Origin: the human T2T-CHM13v2.0 reference genome, Homo sapiens
DNA length: 64,000 bases
Reading direction: 5' to 3' (one strand)
NCBI RefSeq assembly: GCF_009914755.1
Contig: NC_060925.1
Part shown: positions 1 to 14,466 of the stretch, piece after piece
Numbering within the stretch: position 1 is the first letter of the stretch
Layout: each line of letters opens with the position of its first letter
Program-made: the position numbers and the translations under genes
Notes under the pieces: generated by a model
What the model saw: the letters and a program-made list of their open reading frames with translations, nothing else
Told to the model about the DNA's origin: nothing
Databases searched by the model: none

Positions 1-49
1 CTGTATTTTTCTGTGGAGTCATCTTTTTCTCCCCGCCTTCTTTCCCTTA

Positions 50-790
50 TACTCCATATCTGGTCCTTCAGCAAATTCTGTTTGCACTGCCTTCAAAACA
101 TGTCTGGAATCTGACCACTTCTCACCACCCCACCGCTACCACGTTTGCTATTGCTTCCCTGGATTATTGCAACAGCTTCCTATCTGTTCTTTCTGCTTCC
201 ACTCTTCTCTCTACAGTCTATTATCAACATAGCAGCCAAATAGGTCTTTTTAGAAAGTATAAGTCAGACCATGTGTCTCCTCTGCTCAAAGTCCCGCAAT
301 GGCTCTCTACTTCTCAGAGTGTAAAAACCAAAGTCCTCACAATGACTGATGTCATCTGGTGCTGTTACCTTTCTGACTTCATTTCCTTCTCTTTTCCTCC
401 TACTCCATTGCTGGACTCCGGCTACACTGCTTTCCTTACTACTTCTCAAACATGTCAGGCCCACACCAATCTTAGGGCTCTTGTACTGGTTGGTCTGTCT
501 GCTCCAACACTCTTCCTCCAGATACAGGCCTGACTCACTTCCTTGCCTCCCTCCAGTTTTTGCTCCAATGTCTCCTCAGTGAGACTTACCATGACCATTA
601 TTTAAAAGACGGCAGTCTACCCCTGGTACACTCAATCTTGTTTTTGCTCTATTTCCCCAATCTAGTAGTTACCAGCTTCTAACATATTAAATAATTTGTC
701 TATTTATGATTTTTTTTGCTCCCCACTTAGAATGTAAGTTCCAACCAGGAGTATAGTACCTGGAAAAATATCTAATATTTATGTAGTGTT
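50..790 (+). mobile_element. LINE2 (L2) 3' fragment
   Basis: L2-like motifs 'gaatctgaccacttctcaccacc', 'cctctgctcaaa...caatggctc', 'tagaatgtaagttcc'. Confidence 0.8.
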
Positions 791-799
791 GTGTTCCAG

Positions 800-1010
800 G
801 CCCTATTCTAAGCTTATGTTAAAAACTTTAATTTTTTTATACCAACTCCACGAAGCAGGTACTATTGTTACCTTTGTGTTATGAATGAGAAAACTGAGGC
901 ATGGAGGGGTTAAATGACTTGCCTAAAGTCACACAGCTAGTAAGTGGTGAATCTGGAACCCAGGTATTCTGGTTCCAGAGTTCATCCTTTTAACCTGAAA
1001 AGTATACTGC
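800..1010 (-). mobile_element. MIR SINE
   Basis: MIR core 'atgagaaaactgaggcatggaggggttaaatgacttgcctaaagtcacacagctagtaagtgg'. Confidence 0.85.
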
Positions 1011-2024
1011 TTCTCATTGCATAGCACTTAGTAGGTGCTCAGTAAATGTTTGCAAAATGAATACATGAATGAATTCCTAAAATACCAAATACTAGGTATT
1101 TGGTAATGTTATTGCTACCTTAATGATGAAGGAACTGAGAAACGAAGATGTTAAGTAACTTGCTTTCACAAGTAGGTAGCGGCAGAGCTGGGACCTGAAC
1201 CCAGAGGGCTGCTTCCATTTCCAGCATTCACACCACGGATAGAGGATGGAGATAAACTGCTGATAAACATTGATTTTCATAATTTCTCATTGTAAATGCT
1301 TCATATAAACTTTTGCTTAACCTACTGTCTAGGAATTCTCATTAAATACCATAAAGTAGGTAAGAGAGAGCACCAGTCTCCAACATATAACATGAAAGCT
1401 AATCTCATATAGGTGAATTGACTTTCTCAAAAAGACAACATAGCTCTGGAGCAGAGCTAGTTTCCCAGACGAATTCCAATTTCCCAGTTATCTACAGGGA
1501 AGCAGAGGAAATGAAGAGTTACTCCCATTCACTTAGCTCTTTTGTCTTAAGAATACTGGAATTTAGACCTGTGTCATTTGTTGAAACCAGATTTGGATGG
1601 AGACTGGCCATACATGGTCACTGCTGCTTTTAATCCTGGTTTGAGAATCACTCTGTGGCTCGAGGTAATTTTTGTCAGCTTTCCAAGTGTGTATTGAGAA
1701 CCACGTTGTCCTGATGCTTGCTCAGCCAGCTCGCCATCTCATGGAGATATTCCCACATTGGGAAACTCATTTAATGTATTTTCATGTCTGCATTCCTGAC
1801 TTTGCCATCCAATCACCTAAGAATCACTAAAGGCATATATATGTCAGGGATATTAGGGAATGGAGCCCTAGAAGAGTTTGTGTTGCCTCTGAATGCTGAG
1901 AGCACAGGGAGCGTAGAGAGGGCAGAAGCTAAAACTCCTTGCTAAAACAGCAACCGGCTTGGATGTCTTAGGCAGAACTGTGCTGTTGAGAGAAGCTAGT
2001 CTTAAAAGCCCTTCCATTTCAAAG

Positions 2025-2327
<303 letters not shown>

Positions 2328-2507
2328 TCTAAGCTTTTTCATTGTTATCCCTTGTTCAGGCCTTTCCTTAAACTCCTTCAAGCAATGAATCCTCTCTTCC
2401 TGGCTCTGTGATAGCCCTCATCATGTTCAATTGTCACCCATTCACTCTGTGTCTCCCCAACTAAATGCTGGGCTCCTTGAGGGTAGGGATGAGTCTTATT
2501 TGTCTTT

Positions 2508-2817
<310 letters not shown>

Positions 2818-4654
2818 GGGATGAGTCTTATTTGTCTTTGCATTTCCAGGGCTCAGTGCACAGCCTGCTTGGGCCACACAGTATTGGGCATGAAATGGTA
2901 AAACAAATAAAACCTCATGTGGCCTCAGCCAAAGGGGGATGGTGATCACAGAGAGTTTATGTTTCATTTATGGGATCCATTTTCAGCACCAATAAACCTA
3001 CCGGTTACTCTTTTTGCCAAAAGGAACAACCCTACAATCCTTGTCCCCACTGCCACATTACAGGTAGGATGACGCAGAACACGTGGGCAGAAGGCAGGCA
3101 GCTGACGAAGAGACACCAAGATGATTAAGGGATGCTGGCAAATGGTTCACCACATGTATTGGAAGAGATGAAAACCTTATTCGTGGTGAGGTTATGGTGC
3201 TGTCAGACCAAACAGTAGGTGAAGATGCCGGACTTTGCTGAAAATAGTAATGAATCCATGACACAAGGAAGTGACCTCTCCCCTGGGTAGTGCTTGAGAC
3301 AAAGATAGTGTAGGACATAGAAAAGGATCAGCAGAATCTGGGGAAGCAAAAGGGAAAAAAAATCTGGATGCACCAAACCAAAGATGGTCATTGGCGCACT
3401 GCAAGTTAAAAGTTGTCATCAGTTTCTTACTAAGGAGGTGCTGTGAGTCACCATGAGGGGACTACTGTGAGATGTTTGCATCTGTATGTGTTTGCCATTT
3501 ACCACACAGTAAACCATATACAGTTCTCATCCTCTAGCAAGGATAAAATACATTCTTTCCATGTTGCTTAACTTTCTAGGGTTTGGATCTGGCCCCGTGG
3601 ACCCTGCAACTATTTCAGTCCTGATTCTGTAGTTCAGTTTGAACATAACTTGGTTTTTAACAACGCATTTTCTTGTATATGTATGCTCTGGTTAAACTAG
3701 AACATAGTAGGTCCTCTACCGTTGTTAGATGAATAAATGAACTTGGCTCAGGCGCCTGGCGCTATCCCTTACACAGCCATCCACAGTGCCCCACTCAGGA
3801 CCATTTCTTCAAGGCTAGTGTGCCCTATTCTGAACCTACCTGTCTCTAATTTTTTAAAACATTTAACAAATGGTTAAGTATTAGGGAATCAGGTACAATT
3901 CATAGTACAACTGTTTACTTTGTCACTTCATGGAAGAGAGAAAAACAAATCTACTCAAAGGAGTATCTCAATGGCTGAAATTTATTCTGTCCCATCTTTT
4001 TCTTATGTCCAAGTTAAACAGTGGCAGACTCTGTTTTGGTTTCCCTGCTTGCAGTTTCCCAGGTAGGAAACCATCTGCCTTGAAGAAAAGGATTTTTCAC
4101 TGTAATTGTGTCTAATAGCAAGAGGGAAACGGAGTCCACTTGGTTAATGTTGACTATAAATTTCTGCTGTGAGCCAACCACAGTAAATATTCACTTGGCC
4201 GCACCACTGTTGAGAATGGCAACACAGCCACCTGACTCTAGGCCTTGGGCTTAGATGGTTCTGCATTTGAGTCTCAACTTCAGTACTTTCCATTCATGGG
4301 ACTTTGGGCATGTTCCTTAATGTTTCTGAACATTTCCTTATCTATAAATAGGGAATTATAATTCCTACTCGCTAAATAGCTATTATGAAGTCATATGATG
4401 ATGAGAAGGAATCTCATCAATCAATTCACACAAATTGATAATGGACCTTAAATTAATGCACTGTCTCCTTCCAGAAACATTTTAATAAGGCCCAACACCT
4501 TACTCCAGAGAACAAAACTCTTACGGAGGCACAGGATGGTTCAGGATCTTGGGAAAGTCACACTGTGTGAGTCAGAAGAACAGAACTTCCATAATCAACA
4601 GAACTAAGAGGGTGGACCTCAGAAACAGGGAAGGAAGTGGCCAAAAGGAAGATG

Positions 4655-4930
4655 ATTAATTCATTCAGCTAATATTTGAGTGTCTCATATGTGCCAGGCA
4701 CTGTTCTTAGGGCTGCAGGTCCAGCAGCGAATTGAAACAAACCCTTACCTTCATGGAGCTTACATTCTAGTGGAGACAGACAGGTAATAATAAACAAACT
4801 AAATATAGGGTGTGTCAAAAAGTGTATAAAGCAGGGGAAGTTGGGAGGTGGGTTGCTGGGGTTTGAAATTTTAAGCAAGGTGGTCAAGAATGCCTCCCTA
4901 AGATGGTGACATTTGAGCAAAAACCACAGG
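4655..4930 (-). mobile_element. L2 3' end
   Basis: 'ttcattca...atgtgccaggcactgttc...catggagcttacattctagtgg'. Confidence 0.85.
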
Positions 4931-5214
4931 AGAAGAAGTTGTCTTCCAGAGGTCATAGGCAGCCTGGGTAGGGGGCGGAGATGAGGGCAGACAGGGAGTA
5001 GAAGCCCCTAGGGAAGACTTGTTACCAGGTCCCAGCCTCAGCTCTACTCAGTACCTGGTGATGTCGGAGAGAACAAAGGGTAGTTTGCGTTCATTTTGTT
5101 TTTATAGGACCAGTTGGCAGGGTCCCTTTCTCCAGGCCTCCACCCCACTGCATCTCAGCCAGCTCCCAGAGCCTCATTTTTAGGAAAGCAGAGAAGCTTT
5201 TCTCTGAAGTAGAA

Positions 5215-5463
5215 TTGTTGTGTATGGTTGTGCAGGTTGTACACTGCACAGAATGCCACATGTAAGGGGGTTCTATTCACATTTTAGATATGCCAGATTT
5301 GTATATTTAGGATGATTTTCTGGTAGGTGGCAGAAAAGTGTCTTTGAATTAAAGTAGTAGTATATTATGAGTTTTCTGACATCCAGGAATAAAGCATCTT
5401 GAAGGAGGGGCACATTTTTTTTAAAACTTTCATTAAGGTACCTGGGAACCAATAGCTGCCCTG
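5215..5463. mobile_element. MER91-like hAT MITE
   Basis: 'ggttgtgcaggttgtacactgcaca...agatttgtatattta...ggtggcagaaaagtgtctt...gccctg' resembles MER91 as I recall it. Confidence 0.65.
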
Positions 5464-8400
5464 AAGTTCCAGATTTCCAAAATCTTCCACAAGTGGTTTG
5501 TTGGGGATAGATTTATTGGTTATTATCATATCCCTCCTTTGCTGAAAATGTTGTGGCTACCATCACATACTAGAGAAAACTCCCCAGTGAGGCATAGAAG
5601 CAGAGGGAATTCCAGAATTTCTATGTTGAAGAGGTTTAAGGGTGGCAATCTGATAGGGAGGATGAGGGAACCAAGGAGAAATACCATGAGGCCACGTTGG
5701 CAGGGCAAGCATGCACCATTTATTTGGTTTGGGAGGTAGTTGCTAGAGATGGGAAGCAGTAAAGTACCACATACTAGCCCTTGGCCCCATCACTGCAGAT
5801 CGTTCCTTGTCAATCCGGTCTCTGCCAGCACCCCTCACTTCATTTCTTGTCACCCCTATACTGAATCGGCGACCCAGCTACTTGAGATGCCAGATCACCA
5901 GGATGCATTTGCCCAAGATGTTCCTGTTGCCGGGAGTGTCCTCATGCCCACTCCCCCTCCTGCCCCACCGTGTCTGCCCTTAATCATCAGTTGCTTTGCA
6001 AAGTCTTCCCCCATGGCCAAATCCTGCTTCACACACTCTTGGTCACTCTATCCTGGTGCTCACGACACTTTATAATAGTATTTTAAGTATTTTTTTCCTT
6101 TCTGTATTGAAATGACAGGTTCACCTGTTTATACCACTAGACTATGAACTCCTCGAAGGCTGGACTGTGTCTTGTTAACCCTGCTAAACACTCTCTAACG
6201 CCATAGTTGCTCAATAAATGTACTGTCGAGCATTGCTTCTCAAGTATAATTACTATTTTCTGGTGAGAATAAAGAAAATGGCACTTTAAAATTATACAGT
6301 TTTAAACTGTGACACATGCTATGAGCAGCTTCTAATCCTTTAAGTCCTAAAGACTGTTTTTTCCATCTGTCATGTCTGCACTGAGCCTGATAATTTCTCA
6401 GGAACTGAGATATAAATATGCATCAAATGAGTACACATGCAGATAAGAATAATACCTGCAATTACAGGGACATGAATCAAATAGCCCTGGCTATCATCCT
6501 CATACTTGAAGGATATACGCTCATCCCAATTTGAGGTTGCAGAGAAATCACATACCCCAATATGGCAAGAATGGGCCACCTAAAGCCCTGAGCCCATATA
6601 ACAGGGCAGCACCCTGGGGTCTTGTTGCAGCCGTTTTAGTTTCTGCAGGCCTTGATCACAGGGGAAACATACAGAGTATGTGGCCTTTGTGACCCCAATG
6701 CATAAGTCTACTTGGAAAGTTGCCATTCTCAGGCGTCAGGCATGTTGATGAGCAAAGTCCCGAGGGTGACTATGGGGCAGAAATATCCCAATTTAAAAAT
6801 ATTCTCCAAGTGGTTTATAAAATGTGTACAAGTTCAGTTACTCTTAGTTTCCATGTGCTGTGGCAGCTGGCCTGTCTGTATTTATTTGTTCCTCTTACTT
6901 GTGATTATTCAGAGAGACTGCGTTTGTCTAATCCTGTCTCCTCCATGAGGGACAAGGACCCCTTAAAACAGAGATCAGCAACCCCAAGTTAATGGTGGGC
7001 TTGGCTGGGGACTCTTGTACTCTGGGGGTAGAGATCAGGCAGTACTGATCCTCCTGAGGAAGCTGGGGGAGGGCATGGGCAGCAGTGGCAGGGCTGGGTG
7101 TCATCTGGGTGGCAGTGTGGGCACCAAGGGAGGGCAATGTGCTAGTGTTCTTCCCACTGGCCACAGAAACCAGCCCTGGTGCCATCTTGATTCCACTTAC
7201 TATAGGTGGCAGTCATACCTTTGCCATGTCCTTAGCCAGGGAGTGACTAGTCTAATAAGGCACAGTGCTCAGAGGATAGTTGGCAAACATTATAAATATG
7301 ATTTAAACACTAGAACCCACAGTGTCTAGAACAGAAGGCCTATCTCTCAATTCCCTTTGGCTGGCAAGAGGACCTGGGGATGGCCCAGCTAGTAGGCCAG
7401 GGCTGGAGGAGGGAATTCCTCACCTAAGATTTCTGGGTAATGTCAGCCAGAGAAGACATCCAAATAAGCTGCAAGAAAGAAAAAAAGAGAAAAGAAAACA
7501 AAAAGTAGGGGAGGCTAAGAAGATAAAATAAGGCTCAACCTTCAGTTCTCAGTCTGATGGGGTCCTGAGCCCAGCTGTGACTGCAGCCACCTCAAGTGCC
7601 CAGGAGGGACAAAGAGGACACAAAAGCCTACCTAGGTTACTTCAGTTAGCAATTGGTTCTCCACCTGGTGCCTCTCCTGTCACTCTTGGTGTGATCCTCT
7701 GATTGGCCTTCCTGACTTTGGATTTCAGCTTTCAACACCAGTGCCGTAGCCACCCCACCTGTGTTAGTCTGATTTCTTGCTCACCTTTATGTGTCTCTTT
7801 GCTGTTTGTAAAGTCTCACATCCCTGATCTCATTTGATCCACTCAACAACCCTGAGTGGGTAGCATTACTATCCCCACTGCACAGATGAGACGAGCAAGT
7901 CTCTGGGAAGTGAAGTGACTCCTGCAGGTCACTGAGCTAGTAAGCAGTGGAGCCTGGGCCTGAACCCAGGCATTCTGACTGTATTTCTGTAGTGACACGT
8001 TGGCTACACCCAAAACCCACGAATAGCCATGCTTTTTAAAGTGTCATATGTTTGAGCGTGCCCTCTAATATATGTACGTTTACTTACCTAAAAATTATAA
8101 AATGTGTGATGTTAATACATTACGTATATTACACAATATATTAAACCATATTTTAGAAGGCTGAAGAAATTGAATAAGTGAATTTTAAAAAAACATGGGC
8201 TAACATTTGTTGATAACTGTTAAAGATAGATAGCTGGGTACGTGGGGAGTATTTTATTATTCTGACTACTTTTTCATATGTTTGGGATTTTTTATAATAA
8301 AATGTTAAACAAAGAACAAAGGACAAAAACCAGTTATGGAAACTTTAGCCAGGAGTTGCAGAACTAAGCAAGGTAAACACAGAAAGCTTCCAGGAATTGC

Positions 8401-8957
8401 CCTAGAATTGCCTGACTTCTATGTGGCACTCCCACCAGGGTGTGTGAGGTGACAAAGACAAGGTTCGGTTAATTATCTCAATGATGTTGATGTTGCTTCT
8501 GAGGTTTCAGCAGCATTACTATAATTTGTCCGAGTTCCTCCTTCTGTGAGACAGTATGTGGTATATTGGTCCAGAGGCTGGACTCTGGGGCTGGAGTGCT
8601 GACTCTATAATGCTGGCTCTGTTACTCACTAGTTATATAATCCTGGGAAGTCACGTAACTTCTGTGTGCCTCAGTTTCCTCCCCTGGAAAGAGGGGATAA
8701 TAATGGTAGTTATTTCATTGAGCTGCTGTGAGGGTCAAATGACATATACATACATATCACTTACATAAATTTATATATACGTGTAAAGTAGCATATATAC
8801 ATAAAGTAGTAGAATACTGTTTGAAATGTAGTAAGTGCTAAACGCACTTGCTATAATAATAATTATTATTACTATTCCTTCTGCTCTATCTTCCTAGATA
8901 TAATGCAGTCTGAATTCTCAGGGACTCTGCTTTCCCTATTTCTATGTTTGACTCAAT

Positions 8958-9278
8958 TTCTTTTTTCTTTTTTCTTTTTTTTTTTTTTTGCGACAGAGTG
9001 TCGTTCTGTCACCCAGGCTGGAGGGCAATGGTGCAATCTTGGCTCACTAAAAGCTCTGCTTCCTGGGTTCACACCATTCTCCTGCCTCAGCCTCCCAAGT
9101 AGCTGGGACTACAGGAGCCCGCCACCATGCCCAGCTAATTTTTTGTATTTTTTTTTTTTTAGTAGAGACGGGGTTTCACCGTGTTAGCCAGGATGGTCTC
9201 AATCTCCTGACCTTGTGCTCTGCCCACCTCGGCCTTCCAAAGTGCTGGGATTACAGGCATGAGCCACCGCACCTGGCC
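8958..9278 (-). mobile_element. AluY-like
   Basis: Y-type diagnostics (aagctc, ttcacaccattc, ccgtgttagccaggatggtc); TSD gtttractcaatttct at 8946 and 9280. Confidence 0.93.
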
Positions 9279-12200
9279 CGTTTAACTCAATTTCTGAAAA
9301 TGTCCGAATTAGACAGATGCCAGCTGTCTCTGATCAATTGTGATTTGGAAAAAGGGAAAATGGCTCTGGCTTAGGTGACATGTAATAGGAAACAAAATCT
9401 GATGGAAAGAGGTGGCATGATGATTTGGGAAAGCAGATTTTAGTATACATTCAGCCACCGATTGCTCTGGGACTCTAGACACATCATCCGCCTCACTGGA
9501 TTCCACTGTCATCATCTCTAAAATGAGTGATTTGGAGCAGGTGGTCACCAAGTTCCTTTCAGAGTTGACATTTTTTTGAGTGTGTCTTGGGTTCTGATTT
9601 ACTTTTAGCTGTGGGCAGTCTCAGGATTTTGAATTTCAAACACCCTCATAGGTTTAGAACCTGATCATCGTTAAGGTCTCCTGATCTTAGGTTCTGACAG
9701 ATGCCATAGCCACCACATGCCTTGTGACATATGCCAGGTTAACCTTCAAAATAACAAATCACAAATAATATGTTAAACTTTTGAAGGAACAAATGTGTCA
9801 TATTTATCATATGCACATAATGATTGGTTGATAATTTAAGAATTCATACTAGAATGTCAAATAAAAATACACACATTGTATAAGCTGATCTCTATTTAGG
9901 TAGTTGTATATAGCTGGCCATATAAATATCTATCTACTTATAGATATTTTATTATACTGTATATCTAGTTATATATAGGTAGATAAATCTAAGATACAGA
10001 TCAGATACCAACCTATTTCCTGGATCCTTGTGTCAGAAATATCTAGAACACTGCACTGAAAAAAGCGTTCATAATTTTTAAAATGCACAGCTTCTATAAA
10101 AAGTCACACGTGTGTATATGTCTGTATGAACATAGATCTAGATATGTGGATTACATAGATACAGTCGCTGAAAGCAAATGGTGATTATATCAGGGTAGTG
10201 GCATTTTAGGTGATTTTTTAACTTTCTTCATGTTTTTGTTATGGTTGAACTTTTTTTACACTGAGTATCTATTATTTATATAATCAAAAGAAAAAGCCCT
10301 TTTCAAGGTGAAAAAGAGTAAAGACACAAATTCAGATAGTGGTATAAAGATATAATTATTAAAGGGAAAAATGAGCAAAATGTCTGATGCAACAACTAAA
10401 TTTAACAGATAAATGATATTTAAAAATCTCCTAAGGTAATAAACCTCTAACACATGTTTTTTAAATACAATGCTTAGATATTTTTGTTCCTTGATTGAGT
10501 TCTAGGCCTTCTTCAATGTCCCAGAAGACTAACTGCAATTGAGAAAGTTCAAAAAAATGTTCAGAATGGGGACAATTTGGTTTTTTGAGAACAATTAAGT
10601 ACTTTAACACTTGGATAAACACTTTTTTGTGGAGACTGTTAATTTTCCTTAGTTTTGCAAAACTATTCAATTCACCAGATTGGTATTGGGTTTCTCAATA
10701 TGCTTAACACTGGGCCACGTTTGGGCCTTAGATTGCCCCGTCTCAGTCTTCTCCATCACAACCCCCTACAGAGCTCAGTCGTCATGTGAAGGAGAGACTC
10801 TTCCCAGCTGTAGTCGTGCCTCTGTGTTGGCCCGGCGTCTGGGCAGTGGTTCCCACAGCCGGGTTATCAGAAGAATGGTGAGTGCTGAACAATAGCAGAG
10901 GAAGCTGGTGTGGGCTCTGAGCTGATAGCCTCCCAGACGGCATGTCCGGGGCCGGTGAGGGACCTGGGCACACTTCCTCCACAGTGGAACTTGTCTCCTT
11001 TGCTCTGAATCACTTTCTTCTTGGGAACAGAGTCTCAGAGTAACTCAGTTCCCACTGCTCTGGGGAGATGAGGGCTAACACCTTAAGAGCTGGTGCCTCC
11101 AGGGCTGCTTATGATCTGCTCATTTGCCCCTTGTGGTCTCAGTTGAGGACCTCCCAGAACCCAGTCAGGCAATATCCCAGTTGGCTGGAGAATTCTCCCT
11201 AATGAGGCCAGTTTGATGCATTCCCTGTGCCTAGGCTCACTCTTATTTTAAAAATTCTACTTGAAATACTCTTTTAGCACTTAATGCAATAATAGTAGTG
11301 AATATTTACTGCCGGGGCAAGCTAAATGCTTTACATATGTGAGTGAATTTAATTTTCACAATAGTTCTATGAGGTAAGAACTATTATCAATTTACAGATG
11401 AGAAAACTGAGTAATGTGGTGTGACTACCTCTAAGTCACACAAAAAGTTGCTCGGTTGAATTCAAATCCAGGTCCATCGTACCCTTGAACCCATGCTCTT
11501 AATCTCTGTTCTATACAGCCACACACTAGACTCAAAGTTGTGAATAAGACTTGGAGCTTCTATTGTATAACAGGACAGGAGGACAAAGAAGAGTTAATTC
11601 CATGTGTGAAACATGAGTGAAAGAGAATGCAAGATTTACAGCACTGACAGCAGAGAGCTAACCTAGGCTGGCCAGATGGTTCACCTGTATTTGTGAAACC
11701 ACATGCTAGAATATTTTGTTGAACACAAGTCTAACTAAGAAATCATTCTCTTTAAAAAAATTCATAAACTTGCTTACTCAATATCTTGTCTGAATCTTTG
11801 CTGTTAAGGTGTGGCAGGCATTTCAGTGATTCAAAGCCTAACATTAGTTGGGGCTGGTGTGTGTAGGAACCAGGTGAGGCAGAAATGCATGTCAATTCAG
11901 TGTGGAAAACAGCGATTCTCCTGAAAATCGTTTACTTCATCTTGCCCAACAATCTTGGAATTCCATCTCGGCAAGGAGAGTGGGAGATTGTTTTCTCCCC
12001 AAAACATTTTTTTAGCACATATTTGAAGATTCTAAACGTGACCAGTGATCTACTGGGATTTTGAGAGGAAAAAGAGTCCCCCCAGAATACTGGCACAAAC
12101 ATGTCCATTCATCCAGTTTCATTCCCAAAGCATTTTTACTTCCCAAGTCTTAATGTGGAAGTTTGAAAGCCAGAGAGAGTAGAGTGTTGGCCTCCTAGAA

Positions 12201-13053
12201 TAGAAATTTAATTTCAAAAAACTACATGACTATTCATATTTCAGTCTGTCTCCATGAAAGTTAAACATTATATTTTCATTCTAATTACACTGGTAAATAA
12301 AGCATTTTTTCCCTAATCTGTTCCTCCTTCAAAGATGGCAGAGGATAGCGTAAAAATATATTCCAACTGATGGTGATCCTTCAAGGCAGAAACGTGGATT
12401 TGGAGTTTTATAAAGTGTTTATTAAGAGAATCGTAAATGTCAAAGACTTCATCTGAAGCTTAAAATCACCAGCAAAAATTTTGAAAAATTTCATCCAAGC
12501 TTTGTGCTGCCTGGCAATATTCTCTCACCGTTTTGATTCATTTCAACACACGTTTATTGAGCCCCTACTTTATAGTGCAGTCGGAGAAAGAGCTTTAACT
12601 TGGGGTCCAAAAGTTTGGGTTCTAAACTCATTTGTTGGATGACTGACCTTGAGTAAATTCTTTAACCTTTCTGTTCATCAGTGTCTTCATCTGTCAAATA
12701 AAGATTGTACGTACTTGATAAGGTCATTTAGAGGATCAACAATATGATTTCGGGGGGCCTGATAAATGACTTTCCCATTCTTTGCCTAAGTTAGAAAAAA
12801 TGAGAGAGATAGACACAGGAGCCAGTCAGAAAAAAGTCAGTATATCACCTTGATTACTGCTGGGACTGTTTGAAGGCTTGGCGTAGGGTGTGCAGCAACA
12901 GTGGGCTTCTCTTCCCAGTTACTCAGCAATGCTGGACATGGTCATGCCCCTGTCAAATGTTGAGCCTGGAGGAGCAGGCTAAAGGCTCCCTGTTTCCTCT
13001 AGGCAGGCAGCTCCCTAGGAGGAAGGGGAGAAAAGGATGAGCTACTTATGCCC

Positions 13054-13309
13054 ACAGAGCTGTGTGACTTTGGTGGGTCATAGGCACTGTTGGTTTCATG
13101 GGCTCATTCTTCCATGAAAAATATTAAAAATTATATGTGCATTGGCATAAAGATAAATATATTAATATTATATGTTAAAACATTTTGCTTGACCTAAAAT
13201 TTTATTTTTTCTACTGATTTCAAAAGAAATTGAATGCTTTTGTGTGTGTGCGGGCCTTTAAAAGTATTGTGGACTCTAGCTACTGTTCTTCATGGGTAAG
13301 TCGGCCCTG
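13054..13309. mobile_element. hAT MITE (MER96-like)
   Basis: Imperfect terminal inverted repeats cagagctg.../...gggtaagtcggccctg with an AT-rich core. Confidence 0.5.
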
Positions 13310-13742
13310 CATGCTTAGTCCTTGTACCCAGGTTTCCAAACTAGATAATCCCCTCCTTCTTTCTTGGGGAGTATTGATTGAGGCCTAAATGGAGGGACTA
13401 AGTGTTAATTCAGATGGAGATGTGAATTCAGGGATATGCTGCTGCCCATAACCCCATACAAGTAAAATGCCGCAAAAGAATGTGCAATGCAGCCTAGACT
13501 AACACCAAGTTGAGTCAGACATTCTCTCTGTCTACAAGAACTAATTACAACACAAAGTACAGGGGAATCAGTGCAAAACTGAAGAACAAGTCACATGCTG
13601 AGGAAGTTCCTCAGTTCCTTGAGGACATGATATTTGAGCTTGGCCTTGAAAGATAAAAGATGTTTGCTAGATAGGGAATAGATCAAGGTAGGATGGAATG
13701 GAGTGGAGAGATCATTCCAGATTGTGAGAATGGCTAAGGACA

Positions 13743-14466
13743 CTGTTAGTCTGTTTGCATTGCTCTAAAGGAATATGTGATGCTGGGTAATTTATAAAGA
13801 AAAGAGGTTTGTTTGGCTCACAGTTCTGCAGGTTGGACATGAAGCATAGTGCTGGCATCTACTTCTGGTGAGAGCCTCAGGCAACTGACAACCATGGTGG
13901 AAGGCAAAGTGGAACCTGTGTGTTACATGGCAAGAGAGAAAGAGCAAAAGAGAGAGGAGGAAGTTCCAGGCTCTTTTTCTTTTCTCAGATGGAGTCTCAC
14001 TCTGTCCCCTAGGCTGGAGTGCAATGGCATGATCTCAGCTTACTGCAACCTCTGCCTCCTGGGTTCAAGCAATTTTCCTGCCTCAGCCTCCTGAGTAGCT
14101 GAGATTACAGGCATGTGCCACCATGCCTGGCTAATTTTTGTATTTTTAGTAGGACCGGGGTTTCACCATGTTGGTCCAGCTAGTCTCGAACTCCTGACCT
14201 CGTGACCCACCCACCTCGGCCTCCCAAAATGCTGGGATTACAGGTGTGAGCCACTGTGTCTGGCCCATTCCAGGCTCTTTTAAAGAGCCGGATCTCATTT
14301 GAACTCATAAAGTGAGAACTCACTCAATACCACAAGGATGGCACCAAGCCATTCATGAGGGATTCAACCCCATGATTTAAACACCTCCCAACCAGGCCCC
14401 ACCTCTGACATTAGGAATTACATTTCAACATGAGATTTAGAGGGGCCAAACATCCAAACTATATCA
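13743..14466 (-). mobile_element. MST-family MaLR solo LTR interrupted by an Alu
   Basis: 'gggtaatttataaagaaaagaggttt...ggctcacagttctgcagg' through 'aaacatccaaactatatca'. Confidence 0.88.
13975..14265 (-). mobile_element. AluS nested in the MST LTR
   Basis: Full Alu; TSD ttccaggctctttt at 13964 and 14268. Confidence 0.95.

Noticed and set aside
1083-1105. 10-bp hairpin TACCAAATAC-tag-GTATTTGGTA (similar one at 9924-9949)
   Set aside because: Short AT-rich stems of this size are expected occasionally; no supporting context.
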